In this document: positions 8,162 through 16,789 of the stretch, in pieces
How positions within the stretch are numbered: the stretch's first letter is position 1
How the letters are laid out: each line of letters begins with the position of its first letter
From: Chloroflexota bacterium
Lineage (GTDB): Bacteria; Chloroflexota; Dehalococcoidia; DSTF01; JACRBR01
Assembly: GCA_037444005.1 (NCBI GenBank)
Contig: JBBING010000007.1
Location: 1-62,106, forward strand
Reading direction: 5' to 3'
Length of the DNA: 62,106 bases
Translations under genes and position numbers: made by a program
The notes under the pieces: model-generated
Database searches by the model: none
The model's input: the letters and a program-made list of their open reading frames with translations, nothing else
What the model was told of the DNA's origin: nothing

Positions 8162-9343
8162 ATGGGTTCGTTCCGCCTCGGAAGGCTGTTCGGAGTCGAG
8201 GTCTCCATCCACTGGAGCTGGCTCTTCATCTTCTTCCTCGTCACCTGGTCCTTCGCGGAAGGCGTCCTGAAGGAGTTCTTCGAGGACTGGACGGCAGGCC
8301 AGCGCTGGGTGGCGGGCGCGATCATCGCGGTAGTGTTCTTCTCGTCGATTCTCGCGCACGAGCTCTCCCACGCGCTGATGTCCCGCCGCCTCGGGCTCCC
8401 GGTGCACGGCATCACGCTGTTCGTCTTCGGCGGCGTCGCGCACCTGGGACGCGAGGCCGAAAGCGCGCGCGACGAGTTTCTCGTGGCCATCGTCGGCCCG
8501 GCGACCAGCTTCGCTGCGGCCGCACTCTTCGGGCTCGGCTGGCTTCTACTGAAGGGGCCGTGGCCCGGCGTCGGCGGCGTGTCCGGACAGCTCGCGGTCA
8601 TCAACGCGATCATCGCGGTGTTCAACCTGCTCCCCGGTTTCCCGCTGGACGGAGGCCGCGTGTTCCGCTCCATCGTCTGGTGGCGGAACCGCAATCGCCT
8701 GGCGGCGACCCGCACCGCGGCGCGCGCGGGCGAGATCGTCGCCTATCTCCTCATGGCAGGGGGCGTCATCCAGCTCTTCTCGGGCTACATCGTCGGCGGG
8801 ATGTGGCTCATCCTCATCGGCATTTTCCTCCGGGGCGCCTCGGCGGCCAGCTACGAGCAGCTGGTTATCGAAACGACGCTGAACGGCGTCTCGGTGGGCG
8901 ACATCATGCAGCGGCACATCGACGTCGTGCCGCCGGACGCGAGCCTCCAGACGATCGTCGACGACTACGTCCTCGCGCGACACGCCCGCTGCTTCGTGGT
9001 GCTGGTCAACGGCGAGCTCGCAGGGCTCCTCACCCTCACCGACATCCGCAACGTGCCCCGCGCCGACTGGCCTCTCACGTCGGCGTGGCGCGCCATGACG
9101 CCGGTCGAGCGTATCGTCACCCTCGCTCCGACGGACACGGTCGCGAAGGCGCTCATGCTGATGTCGGAGCGGGACATCAACCAGATCCCCGTGGTCGTGA
9201 ATCGGGAAGTCGTGGGGATGATCCACCGGGGCGACGTGATGCGGCTCATCCAGATTCGCCGCGTTGTCGCCGAAGAGACCGGCGCCGGCGCTCCGGGCGA
9301 GTCGGCGGCTACGCTCGCGGGCTCGCCGCGCGCGAAGCCCTGA
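8162..9343 (+). CDS. Site-2 protease (M50) with tandem CBS domains
   Basis: HELSH, NLLPGFPLDGG, several TMs and two C-terminal CBS repeats. Confidence 0.93.
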   Translation: MGSFRLGRLFGVEVSIHWSWLFIFFLVTWSFAEGVLKEFFEDWTAGQRWVAGAIIAVVFFSSILAHELSHALMSRRLGLPVHGITLFVFGGVAHLGREAESARDEFLVAIVGPATSFAAAALFGLGWLLLKGPWPGVGGVSGQLAVINAIIAVFNLLPGFPLDGGRVFRSIVWWRNRNRLAATRTAARAGEIVAYLLMAGGVIQLFSGYIVGGMWLILIGIFLRGASAASYEQLVIETTLNGVSVGDIMQRHIDVVPPDASLQTIVDDYVLARHARCFVVLVNGELAGLLTLTDIRNVPRADWPLTSAWRAMTPVERIVTLAPTDTVAKALMLMSERDINQIPVVVNREVVGMIHRGDVMRLIQIRRVVAEETGAGAPGESAATLAGSPRAKP

Positions 9344-9367
9344 CCTCGCGCTCGTCGGCGCCCGGCG

Positions 9368-11560
9368 CTAGCCCGAGTCCCCGTGGTCGCGCCCCGACGC
9401 GACCTTCTCCAGCGGGGCGTACGAGAGCAGGAGGCGCTTCACCCCGATGCCTTCGTGGAAGGCGACGGTCACCTCCTGGTCCTCGCCCGTGACCTTGCAC
9501 TGGATGACGACGCCCACGCCGAAGCGCGCGTGCCGGACCTGGTCGCCGGCGGCGAAGACGGCCTCTGCGGGCACGAACCGGCGCTCAGCGAGCCGCGCCG
9601 CCTCCTGCTGCACGGGCTCGCGCGTCGCCAAAGCCTCCTCGGGGATGTCTTTCAGGAAGCGCGACGCCGGGTTGTGCTTACCGACGCCCATCACGTGGCG
9701 GCGGAACGCCCGCGTCAGATAGAGCTGCTCCTTGGCGCGGGTGATGCCGACGTAGCACAGGCGGCGCTCCTCCTCGAGCTGCGCGGGGTCGTCGAACGAC
9801 CGCTGGTGCGGGAGCACGCCCTCCTCCATGCCGGTGATGAACACCACCGGGAACTCGAGTCCCTTCGCGGCGTGCAGCGTGATGAGGGTCACGGCGTTGG
9901 GCGTCGACTCGAGGTTGTCGACATCGCTCACGAGGGCGACGTTCTCGAGGAACGTGGGGAGCGCCGCCTCCGGCGAGAGGCCGTCATACTCGGCCGCGAC
10001 GGTGCGCAACTCCTGCACGTTCTCCCAGCGGTCCTCGCCGTCGTCGAACTGTTCCAGCAGGTACCGGCGGTACTCGATGCGGTCGAGCAGATCCGTGAGC
10101 AGGGTCGAGAGCGAGACCTCCGACGCGCGCGTCATGAGCTCGTCCAGCAGGTCGAGGAACGACAGCAGCGCCTTCGCGGCGCGCGGCGTCAGCGGATGGC
10201 CGCCGGACGCGTGCTCCCCCCGCAGGAGGTGGAGCGCCGTGTACAGCGGGACGCCGCGCTCCGCCGCCCAGCGTTCCAGCTCTTCGAGCGTCCGCGGGCC
10301 CACGCCTCGCGGCGGAACGTTGATGACGCGGGCGAAGCTCAGCGTGTCGAAGGGGTTGTACAGCAGGCGCAGGTAGGCGATGACATCCTTGACCTCACGC
10401 CGCTCGTAGAAGCGCACGCCGCCGACCAGACGGTAGGGGATGCCCTCGCGGATGAACGCCTCTTCGATGGCCCGCGACTGGGCGTTCGTCCGGTACATGA
10501 CGGCGAAATCGCCCGGCTTCCGCTCGCCCCGCCGGATCGCGTCCAGGATCTCGGCCGCCACGAACTCGGCTTCTTCGATCTCGTCGGACGCCTCGTAGGT
10601 GACGATGGGCGGCCCCGCTCCCCGGTCCGTCCAGAGCGGGCGCTCGCGGTGCAACGGGCTCACGCGGATGACCGCGTGCGCGGTGTCGAGGATGCGCTGG
10701 GTGGAGCGATAGTTCCGCTCCAACGTCACGATCTTCGCCGCAGGGTAGTCGCGCTCGAAGTTCAGGATGTTCCGGATGTCGGCCGAGCGCCACGAGTAGA
10801 TGGACTGGTCGGGGTCGCCGACGACGCAGATGTTCCCGTGCCCTCCGGCGAGCTGGCGCGCCAGGACGTACTGAGCGACGTTGGTGTCCTGAAATTCGTC
10901 GATGAGCACGTGCAGGAACCGCTGCTGGTACTTCTCGCGGACGTCCGGGTGCTCCCGCAGCAGCTCGACCGTCTTCATGATGAGGTCGTCGAAATCGACG
11001 GCGTTGTTCTCGGCGAGGAGGTCCTGATAGCGCTCGTACAGCCGGGCCGAGACCTCCTCAAAGTAGCTGCGGACCGATTGCTTGAAGGCGGCGGGCGATG
11101 CGAGCTCGCTCTTGGCGCGCGAGATCACCGACAGCACCGCACGCGGGTGGAACTGCCTCGGATCGAGGCCGAGGTGGTTGAGCGCCCGGCGCATCAGGGC
11201 CTGCTGGTCGTCTTCGTCGTAAATGGCGAACCCGCGGTGCAGGCCCACGCGCCCACCGTCGACGCGCAGGAACCGCGCGCAAAGGGCGTGAAACGTTCCG
11301 AGCACGACGTCACGGGCGGCCTCCCCGAGCAGGCCCTCCACCCGTTCCCGCATCTCACGCGCGGCCTTGTTCGTGAACGTGACGGCGAGGATGCGGTACG
11401 GCGGCACGCCCTCGCGGTCGATGAGGTAGGCGATGCGATGGGCGATGACGCGGGTCTTTCCCGAGCCGGGCCCCGCGATGATCAGCAGCGGGCCGCGCGT
11501 GGCCAACACCGCCTCGCGCTGAGCGTCGTTCAAGGGGTCCAGAATGGCGTCGGTCGTCAC
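9368..11560 (-). CDS. pcrA: ATP-dependent DNA helicase PcrA/UvrD
   Basis: AGPGSGKT, TFTNKAA, DEFQD, GDPDQSIY, NYRST, TLHAAKGLEF; C-terminal GDQVRHARFGVG domain. Confidence 0.95.
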   Translation of the reverse strand: MTTDAILDPLNDAQREAVLATRGPLLIIAGPGSGKTRVIAHRIAYLIDREGVPPYRILAVTFTNKAAREMRERVEGLLGEAARDVVLGTFHALCARFLRVDGGRVGLHRGFAIYDEDDQQALMRRALNHLGLDPRQFHPRAVLSVISRAKSELASPAAFKQSVRSYFEEVSARLYERYQDLLAENNAVDFDDLIMKTVELLREHPDVREKYQQRFLHVLIDEFQDTNVAQYVLARQLAGGHGNICVVGDPDQSIYSWRSADIRNILNFERDYPAAKIVTLERNYRSTQRILDTAHAVIRVSPLHRERPLWTDRGAGPPIVTYEASDEIEEAEFVAAEILDAIRRGERKPGDFAVMYRTNAQSRAIEEAFIREGIPYRLVGGVRFYERREVKDVIAYLRLLYNPFDTLSFARVINVPPRGVGPRTLEELERWAAERGVPLYTALHLLRGEHASGGHPLTPRAAKALLSFLDLLDELMTRASEVSLSTLLTDLLDRIEYRRYLLEQFDDGEDRWENVQELRTVAAEYDGLSPEAALPTFLENVALVSDVDNLESTPNAVTLITLHAAKGLEFPVVFITGMEEGVLPHQRSFDDPAQLEEERRLCYVGITRAKEQLYLTRAFRRHVMGVGKHNPASRFLKDIPEEALATREPVQQEAARLAERRFVPAEAVFAAGDQVRHARFGVGVVIQCKVTGEDQEVTVAFHEGIGVKRLLLSYAPLEKVASGRDHGDSG

Positions 11561-11676
11561 GTGCTCGCGGCCGTCCGGGGAAGCTGCGCCGGCCCGAAGG
11601 AGGCCGGCGCCTCAGCATACCATGCGCCCGCCCGAGCCGGCGCATTCGCTTGCGAGCGGCCCGTGCGGGGGTGACG

Positions 11677-11685
11677 TGCTATACT
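11677..11685 (+). promoter_or_regulatory. Extended -10 promoter
   Basis: TG-C-TATACT upstream of an AAGGAGG SD and the GTG start. Confidence 0.55.
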
Positions 11686-11741
11686 CGGAGAACGGCTCGT
11701 CTCGGCGGGCGACGCCCGCTGCCCCGAAGGAGGTTTCCGTG

Positions 11742-12317
11742 GTGCTGGCAGCCTGGCCCGGCGGGAGCTGGGAGGCGACCGTCAGGCTGATCGGCGTCGT
11801 CGGAGGCGCCTACCTCGCGCTCCTCTGGCTCAGCGCGATGGTCTGGACCTACCGCGACATCCAGGCCCGCACGCGCGACCAGCTCACCCACATCGTCTCC
11901 GTGCTCCTCGTTTTGGTCTTCAACGTCTTCGGCCTGTTCGTGTACCTCGTGCTGCGTCCCAAGGAGACTCTGGCGGAGGCCTACGAGCGTCAGCTCGAAG
12001 CCGAGGCGCTCCTCCGCGAAGTCGAGGAGCAGGCGGCGTGCCCGTCCTGCCGCCGCCGGGTCCGGGACGACTACGTTCTCTGCCCCTACTGCCGTACGCG
12101 GCTGCGCGAGACGTGCGACACCTGCGGGCGGCTGGTGGGCGTGTCGTGGCAGGTGTGCGCGTATTGCGGAGCCGAGCGCCGGATCCCGGCGCCTGCGGCA
12201 GCGACGGCCTCTCGCCAGCCTGCGCGACGGCCGGCCCGGGTCGCCGCGACGGCGGCGTCGCGCTCGCCCGAGCCTGCGGCGTCCAACCCCGCGCCCGCCG
12301 AGCCCGAGGGCCTCTGA
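11742..12317 (+). CDS. Membrane protein with double zinc ribbon (DZR)
   Basis: N-terminal TMs ending YLVLRP; four CxxC pairs (CPSC, CPYC, CDTC, CAYC). Confidence 0.85.
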   Translation: MLAAWPGGSWEATVRLIGVVGGAYLALLWLSAMVWTYRDIQARTRDQLTHIVSVLLVLVFNVFGLFVYLVLRPKETLAEAYERQLEAEALLREVEEQAACPSCRRRVRDDYVLCPYCRTRLRETCDTCGRLVGVSWQVCAYCGAERRIPAPAAATASRQPARRPARVAATAASRSPEPAASNPAPAEPEGL

Positions 12318-12342
12318 GCCGGCCTACGGTCCGCTGGCCCCT

Positions 12343-12770
12343 CCAGCGTCATGCTGAGCCCCCGAAGGGGCGAAGCATCTCTTCTCCCGCACCCATGCGT
12401 CACCCCGAAGGCGTCGAACATCCGAATCCGCCGACGGACCCTCGGCCACGCTGAAGCGTGGCCTTCATCAACGGGGAAGGCGGGTCATCCTCCCACGGCA
12501 CGCCGGCCACGCTAAAGCGTGGCCTTCATCAACGGGGGAACGATTCCCTGCATGAAAGCCACCCTTCAGGGCGGCACCCCCAGCGTCATGCTGAGCCCCC
12601 GAAGGGGGCGAAGCATTTCTTCTCCCGCACCCCGCCTCACCCCGAAGGCATCCGACCGCCCGAGCCCGCCCACGGATCCTCGGCCACGCCGAAGCGTGGC
12701 CTTCATCAGCGAGGCAGGCGCCCTACCGATCCACGCGTCGCCGGCCACGCTGAAGCGCGGCCCTCATCGG
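12343..12770. repeat. Mosaic cluster of two REP-like palindrome families in a ~237 bp duplicated unit
   Basis: Family A CCAGCGTCATGCTGAGCCCCCGAAGGGG(G)CGAAGCAT at 12343 and 12580; family B CGGCCACGCTGAAGCGTGGCCTTCATC at 12443, 12504, 12681, 12742 and inverted at 12552. Confidence 0.9.
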
Positions 12771-12807
12771 TGGAATCCATCGATGGGGGGAACGGCGTCC
12801 GGCGCCT

Positions 12808-13692
12808 TTACAGCAGCGATTCCAGAGGCACCGACAGACGCTCCCGCAGAAGCTGCGCCGCGCGCTCGACCTTGCGCATGCCCGCGAACCGGCTCGCGCC
12901 GTACAGCTTCTCGATGCGCCGCATCGTCTGGTACGTGTCCAGCGGCGACAGCAGTACCGTGAGGTCCCGTCCCTCGTTCCGGATGCGGTCGAGCACGTAC
13001 GGCAGCGGTTCGCGTCCACCAGTGATGATGAGGCAGTCGAGCTCCGTGCCCAGCGCGGCCAGCATCAGGTCGGCCTTCTCGTGCCGGACCACCACCGCCT
13101 TCCGTCCCCAGCGGGTGAAGTACGGCGCGCCGGGGTCCGAAGCGACGGGCGCGACCACCACCCACTCCAGCGCGGCGTCGGCCCCGTCCTCCACGAGCGT
13201 GCGCGCCTCAAGCGCCTCGCGCACGTCGCGGACGGAGGGCCCTGCGAGGAGGCGGTCTTCGGGCAACGCCACGATCACCGGCGCGGCCGCGCTCTGCGCC
13301 TCCTTCTCGGGCACGGCGGTGAGCGCGACGCCCGCGAGCCTTCCGCCGAGGCGTTCCGCCAGCCGCCGAGTCTCCTCGTCCAGCTCGCCGCGCGCGACGA
13401 GCAACACGCGCGCCTTCGTCCTCGCGACCGCCTCCGCGACGTCGCCGGGCGGCGCTTCCCAGAGGTCGAAGCCGTCCGATGGCGTCAGCGCGTCGAGAGC
13501 GACCGGCTCGGCGGGCGCGGCGAACGCCGGAACGCCGGCGTAGAAGGCGGCGTCGGCGCGTGCCGCGTCGTCGTCACCTGCTCGTCGCACAGCGACGGCG
13601 CGGCCGTCCTGGGCGGCGAGCCACGCGAGGCCCGCCGTCACCGTAGTGCGGCCGGCTCCGGCAACGACGGAAGCGACGATGAGGGGAGCCAT
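12808..13692 (-). CDS. DRTGG-domain protein (BioD-like / phosphotransacetylase N-terminal-like)
   Basis: Degenerate P-loop AGAGRTTV; ALPEDRLLAGPSVRDV; KADLMLAAL...CLIITGG. Confidence 0.75.
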   Translation of the reverse strand: MAPLIVASVVAGAGRTTVTAGLAWLAAQDGRAVAVRRAGDDDAARADAAFYAGVPAFAAPAEPVALDALTPSDGFDLWEAPPGDVAEAVARTKARVLLVARGELDEETRRLAERLGGRLAGVALTAVPEKEAQSAAAPVIVALPEDRLLAGPSVRDVREALEARTLVEDGADAALEWVVVAPVASDPGAPYFTRWGRKAVVVRHEKADLMLAALGTELDCLIITGGREPLPYVLDRIRNEGRDLTVLLSPLDTYQTMRRIEKLYGASRFAGMRKVERAAQLLRERLSVPLESLL

Positions 13693-13773
13693 GCGTCCTC
13701 GGCGGCTGCAGGTCAAGCATCCGTCCCGCGGCCGGGCGGATCATATCAGAGCCTTGCGTTAGGCGGAATCGCC

Positions 13774-13803
13774 TTGCCCGCGTCGGAGGGGCGTCGATAG
13801 AAT
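13774..13803 (+). promoter_or_regulatory. Promoter of tRNA-Phe
   Basis: TTGCCC-N18-TAGAAT, 12 nt before the tRNA. Confidence 0.6.
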
Positions 13804-13815
13804 GGGGCGCCGAGT

Positions 13816-13891
13816 GCCGAGGTAGCTCAGTCGGTAGAGCACGCGGCTGAAAACCGCGGTGTCGCCAGTTCGATTCTGGCCCTCGGCACCA
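13816..13891 (+). tRNA. tRNA-Phe (GAA), CCA encoded
   Basis: Cloverleaf with GCCGAGG/CCTCGGC acceptor stem, CGCGG-CTGAAAA-CCGCG anticodon arm and TTCGA T-loop. Confidence 0.97.
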
Positions 13892-13957
13892 CGACCCCTT
13901 CCGCCGAAGCCGGTTCGCCCCTACCGCCTAAGCCGTCCCTCTGCTAGCGTGCCTTCC

Positions 13958-15121
13958 GTGCCAGGGTCGCCTCGTTTCGCGACGCTCCTCGGCGTCCTGC
14001 TCGTCCTCGCCCTCGCGAGCGGATGCTCGGGCGGCTCATCCTCGAGCGGCGATGACCCGCCTTCCGCCGGCGCCACGCCCGCCCCGACGCTGCCCTTCTA
14101 CGTCAACACGCCGTTCTTGTCCGCGCTGCCTCCCGGCTACCGCATCGAGTCGGTGCTGGACGGACTCGACCAGCCGACCGCTATCGCCGCGACGCCCGAC
14201 GGCCGTCTGCTCATCACCGAGCAGGTCACGGGACGGGTACGCGTCGTGCGGGACGGCGTCCTGCTCGAGGAGCCGTGGGCCGAGATCCCCGTCTATACCG
14301 TAGAGACCTTCCTCCAGGAGCTCGGCCTCGTCGGCATCGCCGTCGACCCCGAGTTCGAGACCAACGGATTCGTGTACGTCTATTACACGGAGCAGGACGC
14401 AGCGGGCGTCCAGCGGACCGTGCTGGCGCGCCTGCGCGAGGTCGATGGCCGGGGGACCGACCCCACCCCCATCTTCACCGTCGAGCTCGCCCCCGAGCGC
14501 AGCCATATCGCCGGCGGCATCGCCTTCGACCGCAGTGGCGCGCTGCTGGTGACCGTGGGCGACCACGAGCGCGGCGACCTGGCGCCTCGGGTCGACGTTC
14601 CGGTGGGCAAGGTCCTGCGGATGGACCGCGACGGGAACCCCCTGCCCGACAACCCCTTCTTCGGCCGTGAGGACGCCGACCCCAGGGTCTACGCCTACGG
14701 ACTGCGGAATCCCTTCGGCGTCGCGGTGAACCGCGAGACGGGCGAGATTTTCATTACCGAGAACCGCGACGCCGCCGGCGACGCCGTGTACCGCGTGGAG
14801 CCCGGCGCCGACTACGGCTGGCCCGCAGAGAAGGTGGTGCTGAGAGAGCCCCTCGTCCTGTACGAAGCGCCGATGGGCATCGCCGGGGCGACGGTCTACT
14901 CGGGCGACACCTTGCCGGACTTCCGCGACGACCTCTTCTATTGCACCTTCCACCACGGTGGCGCGCTTCACTGGTCGGAGACCGGGCACGTCGAGGGTAC
15001 CGACGTCGCGAAGCGCGACCGGCTCATCGCGCCGGGCTGCTCGACGGGCGTGACCCAGGGCGCCGACGGCTTCCTGTACTACCTGACGTACACGGGGCAG
15101 CTCATGCGCATCGCCCGGTAG
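13958..15121 (+). CDS. PQQ-dependent sugar dehydrogenase family (GSDH) lipoprotein; start approximate
   Basis: Lipobox LASGC; GLDQPTAIA, GLVGIAVDPEF, HIAGGIAF, GKVLR, YAYGLRNP, DYGWP. Confidence 0.85.
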   Translation: MPGSPRFATLLGVLLVLALASGCSGGSSSSGDDPPSAGATPAPTLPFYVNTPFLSALPPGYRIESVLDGLDQPTAIAATPDGRLLITEQVTGRVRVVRDGVLLEEPWAEIPVYTVETFLQELGLVGIAVDPEFETNGFVYVYYTEQDAAGVQRTVLARLREVDGRGTDPTPIFTVELAPERSHIAGGIAFDRSGALLVTVGDHERGDLAPRVDVPVGKVLRMDRDGNPLPDNPFFGREDADPRVYAYGLRNPFGVAVNRETGEIFITENRDAAGDAVYRVEPGADYGWPAEKVVLREPLVLYEAPMGIAGATVYSGDTLPDFRDDLFYCTFHHGGALHWSETGHVEGTDVAKRDRLIAPGCSTGVTQGADGFLYYLTYTGQLMRIAR

Positions 15122-15165
15122 AAGCCGCGTTCCCCGGCGGCGCATCAGTGCGCTAGAGTGACGCC

Positions 15166-15738
15166 GTGAACCTGCGCGGCTGGCTTCGTGTCGAGACGGC
15201 GCTCCCCGTCCTCGCCCTGGGGGCGGCGCTGCTCGCGCTGGTCGCGTTCGACCTCGCGTCCAGTGGAGACGCCTCGCCCAGCGGCGACCAGGTGGCGACG
15301 CCCCTCCCGACACGCACGCCCGGCCCCAGTCCCACGCCCGGCCCGTCGCCGACGCCGACGCCCACGCCCACGCCCGATCCGCAGCGCGCCGTCCGCGACC
15401 AGCGGCGCCGGGACGACCTGGCGGCCATCGCGGACGCGCTGCGCGCGTATTACGAGCGCTACGGCTCGTTCCCGAGCACGGGCGGGAACATCCAGACGCT
15501 GTGCGTGTACCGGGACAACGACCAGGGCTGCAAGCTCGCCGAATTCCTCGACCCCCTGCCGTCGGACCCCAGAGGCGACGCCAACGCCTACGGCTACTGG
15601 TACCAGTCCGACGGCCAGAGCTTCACGCTGTTCGCGTCGATGGAGACGACCAACGAAGGCGCACAGTGCCCCGAGCGCACGCCCCAGCACCTGCGCGACG
15701 TCGAGCTGCTGTACTGCCTGCCGGGAGGCCCGCCCTGA
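15166..15738 (+). CDS. Membrane-anchored protein with PT linker and GspG/pseudopilin-like C-terminal domain
   Basis: RDQRRRDDLAAIADALRAYYERYGSFP...LPSDP...Y.Y.SDG.SF resembles the pseudopilin core; no prepilin G-F-x-x-x-E motif. Confidence 0.6.
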   Translation: MNLRGWLRVETALPVLALGAALLALVAFDLASSGDASPSGDQVATPLPTRTPGPSPTPGPSPTPTPTPTPDPQRAVRDQRRRDDLAAIADALRAYYERYGSFPSTGGNIQTLCVYRDNDQGCKLAEFLDPLPSDPRGDANAYGYWYQSDGQSFTLFASMETTNEGAQCPERTPQHLRDVELLYCLPGGPP

Positions 15739-16772
15739 GCGCGACCGTCGGCTTCGTGTACGACCCCCTCTGTCTCGAGCACGACGCCGGCGACCATCCG
15801 GAGTCCCCGGACCGTCTGCGGGCCATCGTCGCGCTCCTCGAAGCCTCGGGCCTGTCGAGCCGCCTCGAAGCCATCGGCGCCCGCGACGCGACGCTCGAGG
15901 ACCTGACGCTCGTGCACACACCGGAGCACGTCGAGCGCATTCGTGAGATGGCGGCGTCGGGCGGCCGCTGGGCCGACCCCGACACCTGGGTCGGGCCGCG
16001 GTCGTACGACGCCGCCGTGCGCGCCGTCGGCGGGACGCTGGCGGCGGTCGATGCGGTCATGGCGGGCCGGGTGCGCTCGGCGTTCTGCGCGCTACGGCCG
16101 CCGGGCCATCACGCGACGCCGTCGCGCGCCATGGGGTTCTGCCTATTCAACCAGGTCGCCATCGCGGCCCAGCATCTCATCGCCCGGCACGGACTCGAGC
16201 GCGTCGCCATTCTCGACATCGACGTGCACCACGGCAACGGCACGCAGGACGCCTTCTACCGGCGGGGCGACGTGCTGTACGTCTCCACGCACCAGTACCC
16301 CTTCTATCCGGGGACGGGCCACTTCCGGGAGACCGGCGAGGGGCCGGGCGCCGGGGCGACGGTGAACCTCCCGTTGCCGCAGGGGGCGCGCGACGGCGAC
16401 ATCCGCCGCGTGGTCGAGGAGGTGGCGGCGCCCGTCGTGCGGAGGTTCCGCCCGCAGTTCATCCTCGTGTCCGCGGGCTTCGACGCCCACTACGCCGACC
16501 CGCTCGCGGGCCTCGAGCTATCGGTCGACGGCTACGGCTGGCTCATGGCGACGGCGAAGGCGCTGGCGGAGGAGTTCTGCGGCGGGCGGCTCGTCGCCGT
16601 GCTGGAGGGCGGCTATCACCTGACGGCGCTCCCCTGGTGCGTGCGGCGCACCCTGGAGACGCTGCTCGGCGCCGACCCGACGCCCGACCCGCTCGGGCCG
16701 CGGTCGCCCGACACGCGCTTCGACCTGAGCGACCTCATTGCCACGTACCGCGAGGCGCACGGGCTCGGTTGA
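15735..16772 (+). CDS. Histone deacetylase family (HDAC/AcuC/AphA) protein; probable CTG start
   Basis: HPESPDRL, RPPGHH, GFC, DIDVHHGNGT, SAGFDAH, LEGGY. Confidence 0.93.
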   Translation: MSATVGFVYDPLCLEHDAGDHPESPDRLRAIVALLEASGLSSRLEAIGARDATLEDLTLVHTPEHVERIREMAASGGRWADPDTWVGPRSYDAAVRAVGGTLAAVDAVMAGRVRSAFCALRPPGHHATPSRAMGFCLFNQVAIAAQHLIARHGLERVAILDIDVHHGNGTQDAFYRRGDVLYVSTHQYPFYPGTGHFRETGEGPGAGATVNLPLPQGARDGDIRRVVEEVAAPVVRRFRPQFILVSAGFDAHYADPLAGLELSVDGYGWLMATAKALAEEFCGGRLVAVLEGGYHLTALPWCVRRTLETLLGADPTPDPLGPRSPDTRFDLSDLIATYREAHGLG

Positions 16773-16789
16773 GCGCTGGGTCCTGCCGG

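Noticed and set aside
9383-11674. 763 aa plus-strand ORF
   Set aside because: Antisense shadow of pcrA
12443-12768. CRISPR array (palindromic ~30 nt repeats with short gaps)
   Set aside because: Irregular spacing, degenerate and inverted copies, duplicated intervening sequence, a dispersed copy at 1097 and no cas genes; it fits REP-like repeats better
12458-13543. 361 aa ORF with repeated peptides (ATLKRGLHQ, QRHAEPPKG)
   Set aside because: Translation of the REP-like DNA repeats plus the antisense strand of the DRTGG gene
13816-13960. tRNA-Phe as an integration site of a mobile element
   Set aside because: No integrase, and I found no duplicated tRNA 3' end downstream; the same holds for the CAU tRNA
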